From Eledone cirrhosa (Eukaryota), in NCBI GenBank assembly GCA_964016885.1, contig OZ024745.1:5394001-5458000 (forward strand): a stretch of DNA of 64,000 nucleotides, given 5' to 3'. The notes under the pieces were generated by a model. It was not told the DNA's origin. It did not search any database and saw nothing but the letters and a program-made list of their open reading frames with translations. Positions 26,269-39,993 of this stretch are shown piece by piece (within the stretch, counting starts at the first letter, position 1; each line of letters opens with the position of its first letter). Position numbers and translations under genes: made by a program.

Positions 26269-26497
26269 TATTGTTATACTTTGGGAGGGTCATGTTGCCA
26301 ATAAGAAACACACGCACCAGTTGCTTTCACATCAATTTATTATAATAAATTTATAAATTATTGGTTGTGGAACCAACCAACCAACCAGAAATTTATAAAT
26401 TCCTAAATTTATAAATTTATTATAATAAATTGAAGTGAAAGCAACTGGTGCGTGTGTTTCTTATTGGCAACATGACCCTCCCAAAGTATAACAATAT
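26269..26497. repeat. Fold-back copy of the 3' terminus of the PLE family at 28821-31120
   Basis: 26269-26360 matches 28821-28911 directly and 26363-26497 is the reverse complement of 28821-28954. Confidence 0.85.
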
Positions 26498-26525
26498 ATA
26501 TATATTATATATATATATATATATA

Positions 26526-28770
26526 GGGGATTTAAAATAACCCTACAAACGTCCCTGGCCCGAGTAAACTTCCTGGACGTGACCCTCGACCTCGAAAACG
26601 ACCTGTACTACCCATACAGGAAACCTAATGACAATCTGCACTACATCCACCGCCGATCAAACCATCCTAGGAACATCACAAACAACCTGGTCAAAAACAT
26701 CTCCCTCCGCATATCCCGTTTGTCAGTTAATGAGCGGATATTCGATGAACAAGCGCCTTATTACAACCAGGCCCTCAAGCGGAGTGGTTTCCGGGAGGAA
26801 ATATCCTACTGTCCAGCTCCCATTAGCGGAACCAGCAGGAGACACCGCCGCTCACGCAATGTAACATGGTTCAATCCTCCCCACAACGCAGAGGTGACAA
26901 CTCCCATTGGGAAACTATTCTTTAGGCTCATTGAAAAACACTTCCCATTACAACACCGCTACCACAACATAATTAACAAAAATACCATCAAACTCTCTTA
27001 CAGCACTACACCAAACTTTGCACAAAACATCGTCTCCTCTAACAACAAAAAACTCAACCCCGATGGCAGAAATAACCTAAATAGCAGTGGAGAACCGACC
27101 AGGAGGTGTAACTGCCCGGATAGATCTATTTGCCCACTCGACAATAGATGCAGAGACCGTAATGTGATCTACCAGTGCAACGTGAGGACGGATACCTCCA
27201 ACAAAGCCTATATAGGACTTACCGCATGTGACTTCAAGACCCGGCTATACCAACATAGACATACCTTCCGAAACCCGGCCCGGCGTCACGCCACTACACT
27301 TTCGGGCCACATATGGGACCTCAAGGACAACAACATCACCTATGATCTCACTTGGAGATTACTGTCCAGAGCCAATTCTTACACGGGAGGACGCCGTCCG
27401 TGCAATTTATGCTCGGAGGAAACTTTACAAATGCTGTTTTCGACGGACCAACTCCTAAACAAGAAAGATGAACTGGTTACTGCATGTAAACATAGATTGC
27501 GTAGGACTTACCTCGCCCTCAAACCCCATAATGACCCGGGGGGGTAGACTAGGGCTATAACACCCCACTTGCCGATTTTGCAATGGGTAACCCCTGCTTG
27601 CCAAGGGAGACGTAAGATCTTCTTTGTATTCTTTTATCGCTTCCTTTATTTCCTTCCCCCCTCTCTCCTTAGTCCTTCTACCCCAGCTCTTCTCCTTTGT
27701 CGGCGTCTTTTCTCGCCCACCTGAGGCTGCCCTTTGGCCCCTTGTAGCCTTAGTACCCCCACCCTCTCCCCTAGTCTATGATAGATTTGGCGGACTCCGC
27801 CCTTTATAGCAGTTGGTTTAGACCCCGGATACTTGTCCCCCTTTTTCCGACCGCTCCCACTATTCTCTGTGCCCTCTATATTTCTTAGTGGCACTTATGC
27901 CTTATTTTTTCGTTTCAGTATTTCTTTCTCCGCTTTTCTTTTGGGCGGGGTGGATTCTGAATTTATTTTTCCGTATTCTACCTTTACTTCGTACGAACTT
28001 TCATGTAGCTTGTTTTAGATCTTTTGGAGTTAGCATTAGTATATATTTTTCTTCGGGACTCAGAATTATTATCTCGTACAAGTTCACTTTGCTGCACTGG
28101 GTGGTTGCTGGCATTGTGCTCGGGATGGAAACCTTTATTGTTTATTTCGTGGTAGTCTCTTCAGTATTTTGGCCCCTTTTGTTGACCCGTCACCGTATCA
28201 TTTATGTACTTATACCTCTTAAAAGGGTCCTTGCCTATTCCGTCCCACCTAGTTCTTTTACTTATTTCGTTATTTCTTTATTTCTTTCTTTACTTCTTTC
28301 TTTCTTTATTTATTTATTTATTCTAGCCTAACAATAGCTAGAGACCTAGGTCGTAGAATTTAATTTACTTTACTTTTTTCTTTACACTTATTTGCTTTTC
28401 TTCACTCTCAGTATTTTTTCTTTCCTATATATTTCTACCCCCCATTGTTCTACCTACCGTTCCGACTTCCTCCCCCTCCCCCTCCCCTGTATCTTCTTTG
28501 ACCTCATGCCCAGCTGTAGCTGGCACTACCAACGCTTGATTGGGTCTACTCCACCCCCTCCCCTCTTTCTCCTACTGGCAGGTTTAGCCACCATCTCCCC
28601 TACGAATTTGCAACCACAGAATTACTACTGATTTTTGACAATCACTTTGACCATATATGGAATTACCCCTTGAGAAGATCGGCTATTTAAATACCAGGAT
28701 AAATTTTCATTTAGTCCAGAATTAGCCGTCGAAACGGCTTGAGCTCAGCTGTCGGGGTCTTACTGGTTCC

Positions 28771-28772
<2 letters not shown>
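26526..28772 (+). mobile_element. 5'-truncated Penelope-like element, probably Naiad clade (RT thumb + GIY-YIG)
   Basis: ORF 26579-27547: (FLDV)TLDL, SNHP, WFNPP, CNC..CPL..C, NVIY..YIGLT..FKTRLYQH, CNLC..E; long 3' UTR ending in a hammerhead; inserted in (TA)n. Confidence 0.9.
28665..28758 (+). ncRNA. Type I hammerhead ribozyme with U3-A8 covariant core
   Basis: ACCCC-UUGAGAA-GA(U)CGGCUA..UAGCCGUC-GAA-ACGGCU-loop-AGCUGU-C-GGGGU; all three stems pair; GUC cleavage triplet. Confidence 0.85.
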
Positions 28773-28814
<42 letters not shown>

Positions 28815-28820
28815 TATATA

Positions 28821-31120
28821 TATTGTTATTCTTTGGGAGGGTCATGTTGCCAATAAGAAACACACGCACCAGTTGCTTTCACTTCAATTTATTATAATAA
28901 ATTTATAAATTAGGAATTTATAAATTTCCGGTTGGTTGGTTGGTTCCACAACCAGATGGTTGTTTATATATTGTCAAAGTTCTTTCGTCACACATTCTGT
29001 GACCTCTTCAGTGACTGGGGATTCTTTTCTTTGTTTTTGTGCCTCTCCTTTGTTCTGTCCTACGCCATCTTGTTTCTGTGTGTGTGTTGTGTGCTCAGTC
29101 TGCACATGCGCCGCATCCGGGTGTCTGTGTGTGTTTATATTTGTTTATTTATTTGTTTATTTACATGTTACCGGTTGGTTGTTTGTTCTATGTGTGTGTG
29201 TGTTTTCATTTTGTCCTTAATTGTAAGTTGTGATGTTGCTGTTCCACTCATATTTTCTATTTAATTTTGGTTGTAATTCTTTTATGTTTATTGCCTCTGT
29301 AATTTGTCTAAACATTGCGTCTTTTCTGTGTGTAGATTCTATTTTTATTTCTATGTTCTCTAATTTACCCTTATGTTCTATTTTAGCATGTTGGTAGAGT
29401 ACAGATGATTCTTTACTATCTTGAAGGTCTCGCCAGTGTTCATTTATCCGTTCCCCTACACTACGAGCTGTCTCACCTATGTACACTATATTTTTGTCTC
29501 TACATTGTCCTTCAGTACATCTTATGCTATATACTACATTTCTAGTTTTACAGTTAATATGGGGGCTTAATTTACAGGTTATACATTTCTTACCTATACA
29601 GGGGGGGGGGGTCTTTGAAAAGGGTATGTCTTGCTAATAAGTGTTTTTATGGAGGTACCTGGTCTTTCTACTATCTTAATATTGAGTTTATGTTTATCTA
29701 GGGCCCTTCTAAATTTGTAAGCTAATTCACCTCTAGGGGTTGTATCGATGAACATTACACTCTGGTATTTATTGCTATCATACCATGAGTTTATACTATT
29801 AGCCTTATTCCTAGTTCTTTCTATTCTATTCCAAAATTTGCTCCTATACAAGGGGCAGGTCCCATTTGTGTCATTATTTACCATTTTTTCCCATTTGGTT
29901 CTGGCTCCTCTATAAACTCTGATTTTATCTCTCTGATTGTAACCAGAGAACTGCATACGGTGGATGAAGTGTTGTATGTGTCTCTCTAGTTCTCCGGGGT
30001 TGCACATGCGGGACACGTTTCTCATCACCAGTACCAAATCCGCAATCAGTATGTTGATTTTGGTATGGTCCGAAACAGCCGAGTTTCGGTGGATCAGGTA
30101 TTTGGAAGACATGTGTTTGGCATAATGGGAATGGAGGATTTGTTTTTTGTTATTAATGGTATCTAACCAGAGCTCTGTGTCTAGTACAGGTAATCGATGG
30201 TTGGGGTGTTTGCTTGGGTAGTCTATAGTAACTCTAATACTCTGGTGGATGGAGTTAGCTATTTGCTGGATGCTTTCCATTGTGTTTTTCTCTAATTCCT
30301 GACTGTTCTCTAGTGGGGGTGTTTTAACTACGATGTTTATATCATCAACGTAGCGGGAGTACATTATCAGGGTTAAGGGGTCTTCTAATTGTTCTTTAAG
30401 TTTAACTCTACTGTCCCACCATACCATGAATAAGTTAGCTATGTCACCTGCAATGCTAACACCAATGGCTGCTCCCTCCTCTTGGGCATATGTTTTTCCA
30501 TTAAATTTGAACATATGTTCCTTAAGGGTTAATTTATGCTGGCCCCCACCGCATGTGCAATCATTTTCTTTAGTTCATCGTGGTTTTCGGGGGTCCGTAT
30601 GGCTCTGGTCCACCCGTTCCATCTATCTGTGTGGGGTTTCTTGGCCATTGAGGTAATGGTAGGTGGTCTGCCTCTTGCTGGTCTTGTAGGGCACAGGTTG
30701 CTAAGGTCATATGTGTCTAGATAATTATTACTATAAGTAAGTTTAAGTAGGAGTCCCAGCTCACTGGTATCAATCCCACGGAACTCAACATTGCTCTCAC
30801 TGATCATTTCTACGCATTTCTCCACAGCAAAATCCACGTCAATAGATGGATACAGGGACACAACATCCATACTACCTATTATGCAGTTTTTTAGGTCCCT
30901 AGATCGGTTACCCTCGCCGATTGTGCTGAGGAGGTCCTCCGTGCTGTCACATACATCTGGGGACATTTCAATGATGGGGCGTATGATCAGGAAGAGGAAG
31001 TAGGACTGTCTGTAGTTACTAGCAATGTTAGCTCCACAGACTGGCCGTGTTGGTGGTCCCGTGACAGGGTCACTGCCCGTTTTAAGGTCTTTTCGAAGCC
31101 CATAAAACGGTGGCACGTCA
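28821..31120 (-). mobile_element. 5'-truncated, frameshifted Penelope-like element (clade not assigned)
   Basis: ORFs 30529-31116 ([18 protein letters not shown]), 29594-30514 (GAAIG, YSRYVDD, LPVLD) and 29217-29486 (YIGETARS..ERINEH, GIY-YIG). Confidence 0.9.
28973..29015 (-). ncRNA. Minimal type I hammerhead ribozyme in PLE 3' end
   Basis: Minus strand: GUCA-CUGAAGA-G-GUCACA-GAAUG-UGUGAC-GAAA-GAAC-UU-UGAC. Confidence 0.8.
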
Positions 31121-31136
31121 TATATATGTATATATG

Positions 31137-31187
<51 letters not shown>

Positions 31188-31266
31188 GTATATATGTATA
31201 TATATATATATGTATATATGTATATATGTATATATATATATGTATATATGTATATATGTATATATG

Positions 31267-31297
<31 letters not shown>

Positions 31298-31558
31298 GTA
31301 TATATGTATATATGTATATATATATATATGTATATGTATATATATATATATGTATATATGTATATATATATATATATGTATATATGTATATATGTATATA
31401 TATATATATGTATATATGTATATATGTATATGTATATATGTATATGTATATATGTATATGTATATATGTATATGTATATGTATATATGTATATATGTATA
31501 TGTATATATGTATATGTATATATGTATATGTATATATGTATATGTATATATGTATATG

Positions 31559-31602
<44 letters not shown>

Positions 31603-31604
<2 letters not shown>

Positions 31605-33918
31605 ACTTTGAATAACTTTGAAATGTTTTGGCCAGTATTGGCCCAGGCCATGTCTAACTTAATAGCACCACCTGGCGAAGTCTTTCAATTCAGGATTTGG
31701 GCACCATGGCCCATTCGAGAAGAGAATTACTGTTTGCGGAGACATATCCGGGTGTGGGTGGTTTGTCCGGGATTACTTGGAGGAATTTGTCCAAAGACTT
31801 CTTGAATTTTGTGTGGTCAGTTTCTGTTTTGACGTGTCCTGGTGTGATGTTGAAGAGAGCAGGGCCGATTGAGGTGAAATAATTGTGCCGTATTGTTGTT
31901 ATGAGTTGCGATTTAGATTTTTGAATGGGACGGATAGCACGGGGCCCAAGCCTTGGGTGTATCTTGGAGGTGATGCCAACATCATTTGGGCAGTGATGAT
32001 GGAACATTTTCCACATCATGCAGATAATATAACGCTCACGGCGACGTTGGAGTGAGTAAAGTTTCAGGTTTTCCAATCGACCCCAGTAGTCAAGGTCTGA
32101 CATGCCATCTATCTTTTTCGTGATTGCCCTTTGAGGAGCTTCAAGTTTCATGATACTTTGTTTCGTGTGGGGAGACCACAGTGGACAACAGTATTCAAGG
32201 TGTGGTCGGGCGAAAGTAGAGAAGAGAAGGATAATGGTGCGGGAATCTCTCGACTGGAAGGTTCTGAGGATCCAGGAACACATTCTGCGGGCCATGTCAA
32301 CTTTGCTGCTTATATGCGTGGTCCAGCTTATGTTGCTGTCCACGGTTACTCCCAAGTCTCTGATGTTGTTAGATGCCACGAGAGTTTCCCCGGAGGGAAG
32401 GGAGTACGGGAGTTTCAGAGCATCCTCTTTTCCAAAGTGGATCAGTTCGAATTTGTCTTCGTTCAGTAACATGTTGTTCTTTTCTGCCCATTGGGTAACA
32501 GCCAGTAGGTCTGACTGAAGGCTTATCCGGTCATCCACGCCATTGATGACCTTTTGGAGCTTGGAATCATCAGCGAAAATTTTAATGTTGCTGTGTTTGA
32601 TGATGTCAGTGATGTCATTAATATAGATGATGAAGAGAAGTGGGCCCAACACAGTGCCTTGTGGGACTCCACTACTGACTTTGGCTGGGCTTGATTTGAC
32701 TCCCTCAACTACAACATGTTGGGTTCTGTTTGACAGGAAGCTCTTGATCCACTGCAGCAGCTTTCCAGTGACACCAATATTGGACAGCTTTCTCAGTAGA
32801 ATGTTATGATCAACCCTGTCAAAGGCCTTGCTGAAATCAAGGTAGATAACATCAGTGTTGGAACCCTCTCCCAAGGCTCTCAAAATGTCATCAAAGTGAT
32901 GCAGTAGTTGCGTCAGGCAATCCCTTCCATTACGGAATCCATGCTGGTTGGAGTTCAGCATATTGTTACTCTCAAGGAAGTGGGTCATTCGCGATCTCAC
33001 CACTCGCTCAAATACCTTAATGATATGAGAGGTGAGTGAGATTGGACGGTAATTCACGGCAAGGGATTTGTTTCCCTTTTTGAAAACTGGGACAACAGAC
33101 TGGGATAGAAGGTTTTCTGGCACATATCCAGCATCCAGTGAGTTCCGCCACAGATTGGCAAGAGGAGAAGCAAGTTGGTGTTGACACGCCTTCAAGACAC
33201 AAGCAGGGAACCTATCGGGACCTACTGCTGAATTATGCTTGATTTCCTTTATTGCCGCCAAGACATCAGGGGCGCCAAACGTTATGTCCGATAAGGTGTA
33301 ATGGGGAGTAACATCGCCGATACAGCCCAGATCGGCCATATCAGGATTGCTGAAAACAGAGCAGTATTGTTTCTGCAGTATCTCACCCATGGTTTTAGCA
33401 TTGTCTTGAAGAGTGCCATTTTCATCAATTAGAGGGCCAACAGTAGAGCCAGTGATTTTGTGTTTTTTTGCAAATGAAAAGAACACTTTGGGATTGAGTT
33501 TGATCTTCTCAATGGCCCAGGCCTCTTCAGCTCTTCTCTGATTGTTGATGAGGGACATTATGTTGTTTTGGAGGTTATGTTTTTTAATCTCTAGTGATGA
33601 AATGGCAGTCAAGTTGATGTGTTGCTGCTGACAGTATTTCAGATTGTTGATTTTTTTGTTCGTTCTCTTAATTTTTCTGATGAGCGTTCTTCTATTTCTA
33701 GGGATTCTGCTCTTAGATTTGTTTATAGTTCTTAATGGGGTGTGTTTAGCACATATGTAACAGTGTCCACAAATGTCTGCCAGGACTTTTTGATGTTAGT
33801 GGGTGTATGAGTGTGCGTGAAGGACCAGTCGACATGTGCAAGATCATGACTGATCGCTTCCCAGTTTGCATTGTGGAAATCCATAGCGTCAAACGGATGG
33901 ACAAAGTTATTCAAAGTA
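31603..33918 (-). mobile_element. 5'-truncated CR1-group LINE
   Basis: ORF 31690-33612: NYRPISLTS, YLDFSKAFD, GVPQGTVLGP, FADD, RRRERY; short-repeat tail (TTCAAAGTTA)x2. Confidence 0.92.
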
Positions 33919-34111
33919 TATATATACATATATACATATATACATATATACATATATACATATATGCATATATATATATATGCATATATATATATATACA
34001 TATATACATATATACATATATACATATATACATATATATATATATATACATATATACATATATATATATATACATATACATATATATATATATACATATA
34101 TACATATATAC

Positions 34112-34142
<31 letters not shown>

Positions 34143-34191
34143 CATATATACATATATACATATATATATATATACATATATACATATATAC

Positions 34192-34223
<32 letters not shown>

Positions 34224-34507
34224 GTATATATATATGTATATATATATTTATGTATATATATATGTATATATATGTATATATATGTATATGTATGTATATG
34301 TGTGTATGTATATATATGTATATATATGTATATATATGTATATATATGTATATATATATATGTATATATATGTATATGTATATATATGTACATGTATGTA
34401 GATGTGTGTATATATATGTATATATATGTATATATGTATATGTATATATGTATATATGTATATGTATGTATGTATATATGTGTATGTATATATATATATA
34501 TGTATAT

Positions 34508-35116
34508 GTCAGGTCACCACTTGGTGCTACTGGTAACATGTATCCCAGTACAACCTGTTTCATGGTCGGGTCGTTGGCGACTAAACTGGCAACGCCACCA
34601 AGGTTTCTTGGTGAGGTGGGTGACTTTGGACATCCTGCAGGACTAAAAACAAAACCTGTCAAAGGGCAAAGGAGCTCTTAAGAGTCAATGGCCATCCAAA
34701 ATCACTGGGAGAGATGACCCCTTAGCCTTTGTCAAGGCAGAATTCTAGGAGAAGGAAAACTCTGATATAACACCTGCAACCCTGATGGTATCCAATGATG
34801 TTGACTTGTTCTTCTTTTTGGTAAATATCATCTTGGTTAAGAGAGTGGGAGTGGCTTTGTGCAGTGCCTTTGCTCACTATAAAAGCTTCACGGCACAGGC
34901 ATTGCTTTGTATCTGGAGATCTCTCTGCACTTGTCGTCACATGGTACCAAAGGCAAAGCACTATGTGTCAATAATTGTCACAAGTGTAGTGTTTGTACCA
35001 GAGTTTTCAAGTCGCTGGCTGGACTAAAAAGTCACACTCGTTCAGCGCATCGGTAGGGGTTCTCCTACATGGATATAAAGTAGTGGCCGTACTCGAAAAC
35101 GAGTTGGCAGCCACCA
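34508..35116 (+). mobile_element. About 610 bp non-coding RTE-5'UTR-like element (copy 2)
   Basis: Collinear with 4548-5157, same ends, TA flanks. Confidence 0.65.
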
Positions 35117-35136
35117 TATATATATATATGTATATA

Positions 35137-35219
<83 letters not shown>

Positions 35220-35226
35220 ATATGTG

Positions 35227-35294
<68 letters not shown>

Positions 35295-35298
35295 TATG

Positions 35299-35451
<153 letters not shown>

Positions 35452-35526
35452 GTATATATATATATGTATGAAAGACGTAAAACAAGAAAATTTTAAAAAA
35501 TTAAAAATTAACTTACTAAAATTTTC

Positions 35527-35608
35527 ACTCCAACTAATTAGTTTCTGTAATGGGATAAAGATAGTTACGTAATGTAACCATTGAGAATTCATTACGTCAT
35601 CAGGGAGT
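35527..35608 (-). ncRNA. Type I hammerhead ribozyme (intact)
   Basis: Minus strand: ACUCC-CUGAUGA-C-GUAAUG..CAUUAC-A-GAAA-CUAAUUAG-UU-GGAGU; palindromic stem III. Confidence 0.86.
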
Positions 35609-36093
35609 CTATTCTCAGCTAAGTCTCCAGGCAATGCGCGGACACTAGGGACTCATATAAAAATAATAATTCGGTGGATGGAACAGCTAGCGGGGACTGA
35701 ATTCCATGCACTGAAAAAGTTCACTGTCTCTGGTCAAATGGCAGATTCTAAAGAATCAATCACGTGACACTGAGGCTAGTCGGAAGGAGTGGGGTGGTAA
35801 AATGACAAAAGCGTACTACCACACCTATGAATTAGTAGTGGATTTGGCAGGTTTGCTCAACAAATAAATAATTTGGAGATAAATATAGAGAATTAGTATA
35901 TCTACCAACATATGCGTACACATGTACACTAACGCTAGCAAATACATAAGTTATGTCATAGTACCTAGGTGGTTCAATGCAGGAGGATGCAGAACAGGAA
36001 TTTAGTCCCCGCTAGCTGTTCCATCCACCGAATTATTATTTTTATATGAGTCCCTAGTGTCCGCGCATTGGCTGCACACTTAGCTGAGAATAG

Positions 36094-36175
36094 ACTCCTT
36101 GATGACGTAATGAATTCTCGATGGGTACATTACGTAACTATCTTTATCCCATTACAGAAACTAATTAGTTGGAGT
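36094..36175 (+). ncRNA. Type I hammerhead ribozyme, C3U core variant
   Basis: ACTCC-TTGATGA-CGTAATG..CATTACA-GAAA-CTAATTAG-TT-GGAGT; inverted copy of 35527-35608. Confidence 0.78.
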
Positions 36176-36394
36176 GAAAATTTTAGTAAGTAAGTTAATT
36201 TTTAATTTTTTAAAATTTTCTTGTTTTACATCTTTCATATAATTGTTCTGCATCCTCCTGCATTGAACCACCTAGGTACTATGAAATAACTTATGTATTT
36301 GCTAGCATTAGTGTACATCTGTACGCATAAGTTGGTAGATATACTAATTCTCTATATATATATGTATATATATATGTATATATATATGTATATA

Positions 36395-36425
<31 letters not shown>

Positions 36426-36436
36426 GTAAATATATG

Positions 36437-36573
<137 letters not shown>

Positions 36574-36746
36574 GTATATATATATGTATATGTATATATA
36601 TATGTATATGTATATATATGTATATGTATATATATATGTATATGTATATATATATGTATTTGTATATATGTATATGTATATATATATGTATATGTATATA
36701 TATATATGTATATGTATATATATATATGTATATATATATATATGTA

Positions 36747-36791
<45 letters not shown>

Positions 36792-36833
36792 GTATATGTA
36801 TATATATATATGTATATATACATATGTATATGT

Positions 36834-37373
36834 ATCATCATCATCATCATCACCGTTTTACGTCCGTTCTTCCACGCTAGCATGAGTTAGACGGGTTGTC
36901 CTGTTGTGTGCAGTGTCTGGTCGGCTGACAATGCCTTGCTCATACAGGAACTGATCTGGCTTGATTTCTACAGCTGGATGCCCTTCCTAACACCAATCTC
37001 ATTTACAGTGAGTGCTGGGTGCTTCTTCGTGGCGCCTACACGTCCACTTTACAGTGTGGGCTGGGTGCTTTTTTGCCGTGGCACCTCCACGACCACCTTG
37101 CGGTTGGGGGTGTGGGGGCATATTGTTTATATGCTTTAGCATGTACCCGTGGGAGGTCGGGTACTCTGTATTACTGCGTGACGCCAGAAGTCACGGTCGT
37201 GTGTCATTGTCTTTGAGAGGTGTAATTGGGTAAGGTCGGCTTTTATCACCTCAACCCAGGTCATCTTGGGTCTCCCCACTCCGCGGTTTCCATCAACTTC
37301 TAGTGCTCTGCACCTTTTTATGCAGCTGTCATCCTTCATACGCATCACATGTCCATACCAGCGCAACCGCCTC
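36834..37373 (-). mobile_element. RTE LINE 3' fragment (family RTE-A)
   Basis: [19 protein letters not shown]; 3' UTR and (TGA)n tail as in 2903-4429. Confidence 0.9.
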
Positions 37374-37423
37374 TATATATATACGTATATGTATATATAT
37401 ATATGTACGTATATGTATATAAA

Positions 37424-39982
37424 TATTCTGACATCACCACAGATGAACTTCACATCATTCTCACCGCACGTAAAACCATCCTAGAGTTCAACAATGAATA
37501 TTGAACCAGAGCCGATACCTCTAACAACTTCGACATCACAATGGGAGCATCCGATTCATCCCAATTGACAGATTTAATTGGTATCTTTATTTTGAACTCT
37601 TTGAGTTGGAAAATTCCTCAACTTCGCGGTGGAATTTATCGTGATGATGGACTCTTTACTATCTTAAATTGCAACATAGTTAACCTTAATATTATTAAGA
37701 ACAATATACGTAATCTCTTTAACCAACATAACCTAAAAATTGAATTTGATAACAGCATCAAACTAGCTAATTTCTTGGATGTATCTCTTAATCTTGACAC
37801 TGGCCTATATTACCCTTACCATAAAAACAATGAGAACCTAAATTATGTTAACTTTAAATCTAACCATCCTACTAATATCAAGAATGCTATAGTTAGTAAT
37901 ATTGGAAAAAGAATATCTAACCTATCTTCTAATAAAAACATCTTTGATGCTAACGCCAATTACTATAATAACGCACTTTCTAAAGCCGGCTATCCTGATA
38001 AAATCAAATATAGTAAAGAAACAAATTCTAGAAGAAATTACAGTAGAATAATTAATCATGATCATTCCAATAACTTTAATAAAAGACCTAGATACAAAAA
38101 CATAATCTGGTATAATGCTCCTTTCTCCATCTCTATTAATAACAATATTCCTAAATTATTCTTTAGTGCCTTAAATAAATGCTTCCCTCCCTCACATATC
38201 TATAGTAAAATATTTAACAAACACACTATAAAATTTTCCTATTCGACATCCTCCAACATTTCCAACATTATCTCTAAACACAACAATAAAATACTAAATA
38301 CTAAATCTCTTCCTTCCAACACTGAATTTCATAATAATAGTAATAGTACTCCCGACGTCATTGTAAACCCTAGGCTAATTTCTGCAAACCCAAATACAAC
38401 GTCAAACACAATTTCGCTAAATGTTCTTAATCCCATTCTAAATCAAGAAACTATTATTCCTATCGCAAATAACTTCTCCAATCCAATTCATTCTATAGAT
38501 AACACTAGGTCACTCGTTAATAATCTCTCTAATGGCAATTGCAATTGCCCTGTTAAAAATAAATGTCCTCTCAACAACCATTGTCTTGATAAAAACTTAA
38601 TTTACGATTGTAAACTTATAACTGACACCAATTCCTTCACCTATTTTGGCTCCACTTCCACCTCTTTTAAAGCTCGTCTTTATAACCATCATTCGTCTTT
38701 TAAATACAAACTTAAAAGAACCAACACGGCTCTCTCAGAACTCATATGGTCCTTGAAAGACAAAAATATTAAATATAGCATCTTTTGGAAGAAGGTTTCT
38801 TTTGCGTCTCCATACTTGAACAGTTCTCTATCCAAGATTTGCAATCTCTGTCTAAATGAAAAATTTACCATTATATCTAATTTAGATTCTATAGTAAATA
38901 GACGCACTGACTTGTTTTCTATCTGCTTGCATAAATTCCACAAAACATTTCACAAAGTATACAGCTAATATCCAAATCTTTATCAATTTAGAATCTTTTT
39001 TCTCAAAGGCACATATATATATATACACTTCTTTAAAAATATACCCATCTTTCTACCTTATTTCAAAGGTCTTATTATACATTATATAATACTTGTTACT
39101 CATTCTATAACGCTCCTATTTTTCTTTTAATGTCTAACCCCTAATCTGTACCTTTTCTCACTGTTGCCTAACATAGAATCAATTATTACATAATGCAATA
39201 CATTCTTACTCTATATCACCTTGTAAAAATCCTTTTGACGTTAGATTATTCATCCTCAATTCATTATTCTTTTCTCCCTTTCATCTAACTCATTCACGCT
39301 CATCTCACAATATATCCTTACTTAAATTACCTGTTGTTCTTTTTAATAATATATATCAACATTTTCTTTCCATCGCACATATTATTAAACCCTTAAATAT
39401 CATTCTTAATACATATTAACTTTTTCTTTCCATCGCACATGTTATTAAACCCTTAAATATTATTCTTAATACATATTAACATTTTCTTTTCATCGCACAT
39501 ATTATTAAACCCCTCAATATACAAACCTTAACTTTACATTATTTTTCTCTTCGTTAATTTTCAAATTCTTTTAATTTATACATTATCTTCCAACGGTTTT
39601 CAACCTCTCTATGGAAAACAATATATCTTTCTCAGTTATAAAAGCTATCTCTCTCTCTCTATCACCCATCTCTCCTCCTATCTCATCCTTCCTCATTATA
39701 CTCATCCTTCTCCATTTTTTACTCTCATCTCCTCCTCTTTTTCATCCTTTCTAACACCCACCCCCCAAAAAAAAAATTTTTTTTTCCCCAATATCACACA
39801 TCAATCTAAAACTACTTCTCATATGTTGATTTAAAACTGCACTATCCACAAGTGTTTTTTAACCTTCATATCATGTCTTCCTGTTTTATCTGATGAAAAC
39901 AAATATTATTGCATGATGATATTTGTTTTTGAAATGCGCATAATAAAATACATGGAACTCTTTTAACCATCTTTTGTTCTTA
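37424..39982 (+). mobile_element. 5'-truncated Penelope-like element, probably Naiad clade (second family)
   Basis: FDITMGASD, GGIYRDDGL, FLDVSLNL, SNHP, IIWYNAP, CNC..CPL, NLIY..YFGST..FKARLYNH, CNLCLNEK; 3' UTR with a 60 bp tandem repeat at about 39360-39515 and a terminal hammerhead. Confidence 0.9.
39882..39950 (+). ncRNA. Type I hammerhead ribozyme in PLE 3' end
   Basis: UGUUUUAU-CUGAUGA-AAACAAAUAUUAU..AUGAUAUUUGUUUU-U-GAAA-UGCGCA-UA-AUAAAAUA; palindromic stem III AUGCGCAU. Confidence 0.87.
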
Positions 39983-39993
39983 TATATATATAT

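Larger units (their letters stand above)
35468..36353. mobile_element. Non-coding HHR element family C (retrozyme-like): one unit of about 535 nt plus an inverted, circularly permuted partial copy
   Basis: 35997-36238 is the reverse complement of 35468-35706 and runs on into 36244-36353, the reverse complement of about 35886-35996. Confidence 0.82.

Noticed and set aside
37502-37504. In-frame TGA upstream of the Naiad-like ORF as possible selenocysteine (some Naiads are selenoproteins)
   Set aside because: It falls where a Trp is expected before FDITMG, so TGG>TGA decay is simpler; the zinc-binding cysteines are ordinary Cys codons in both Naiad-like families.
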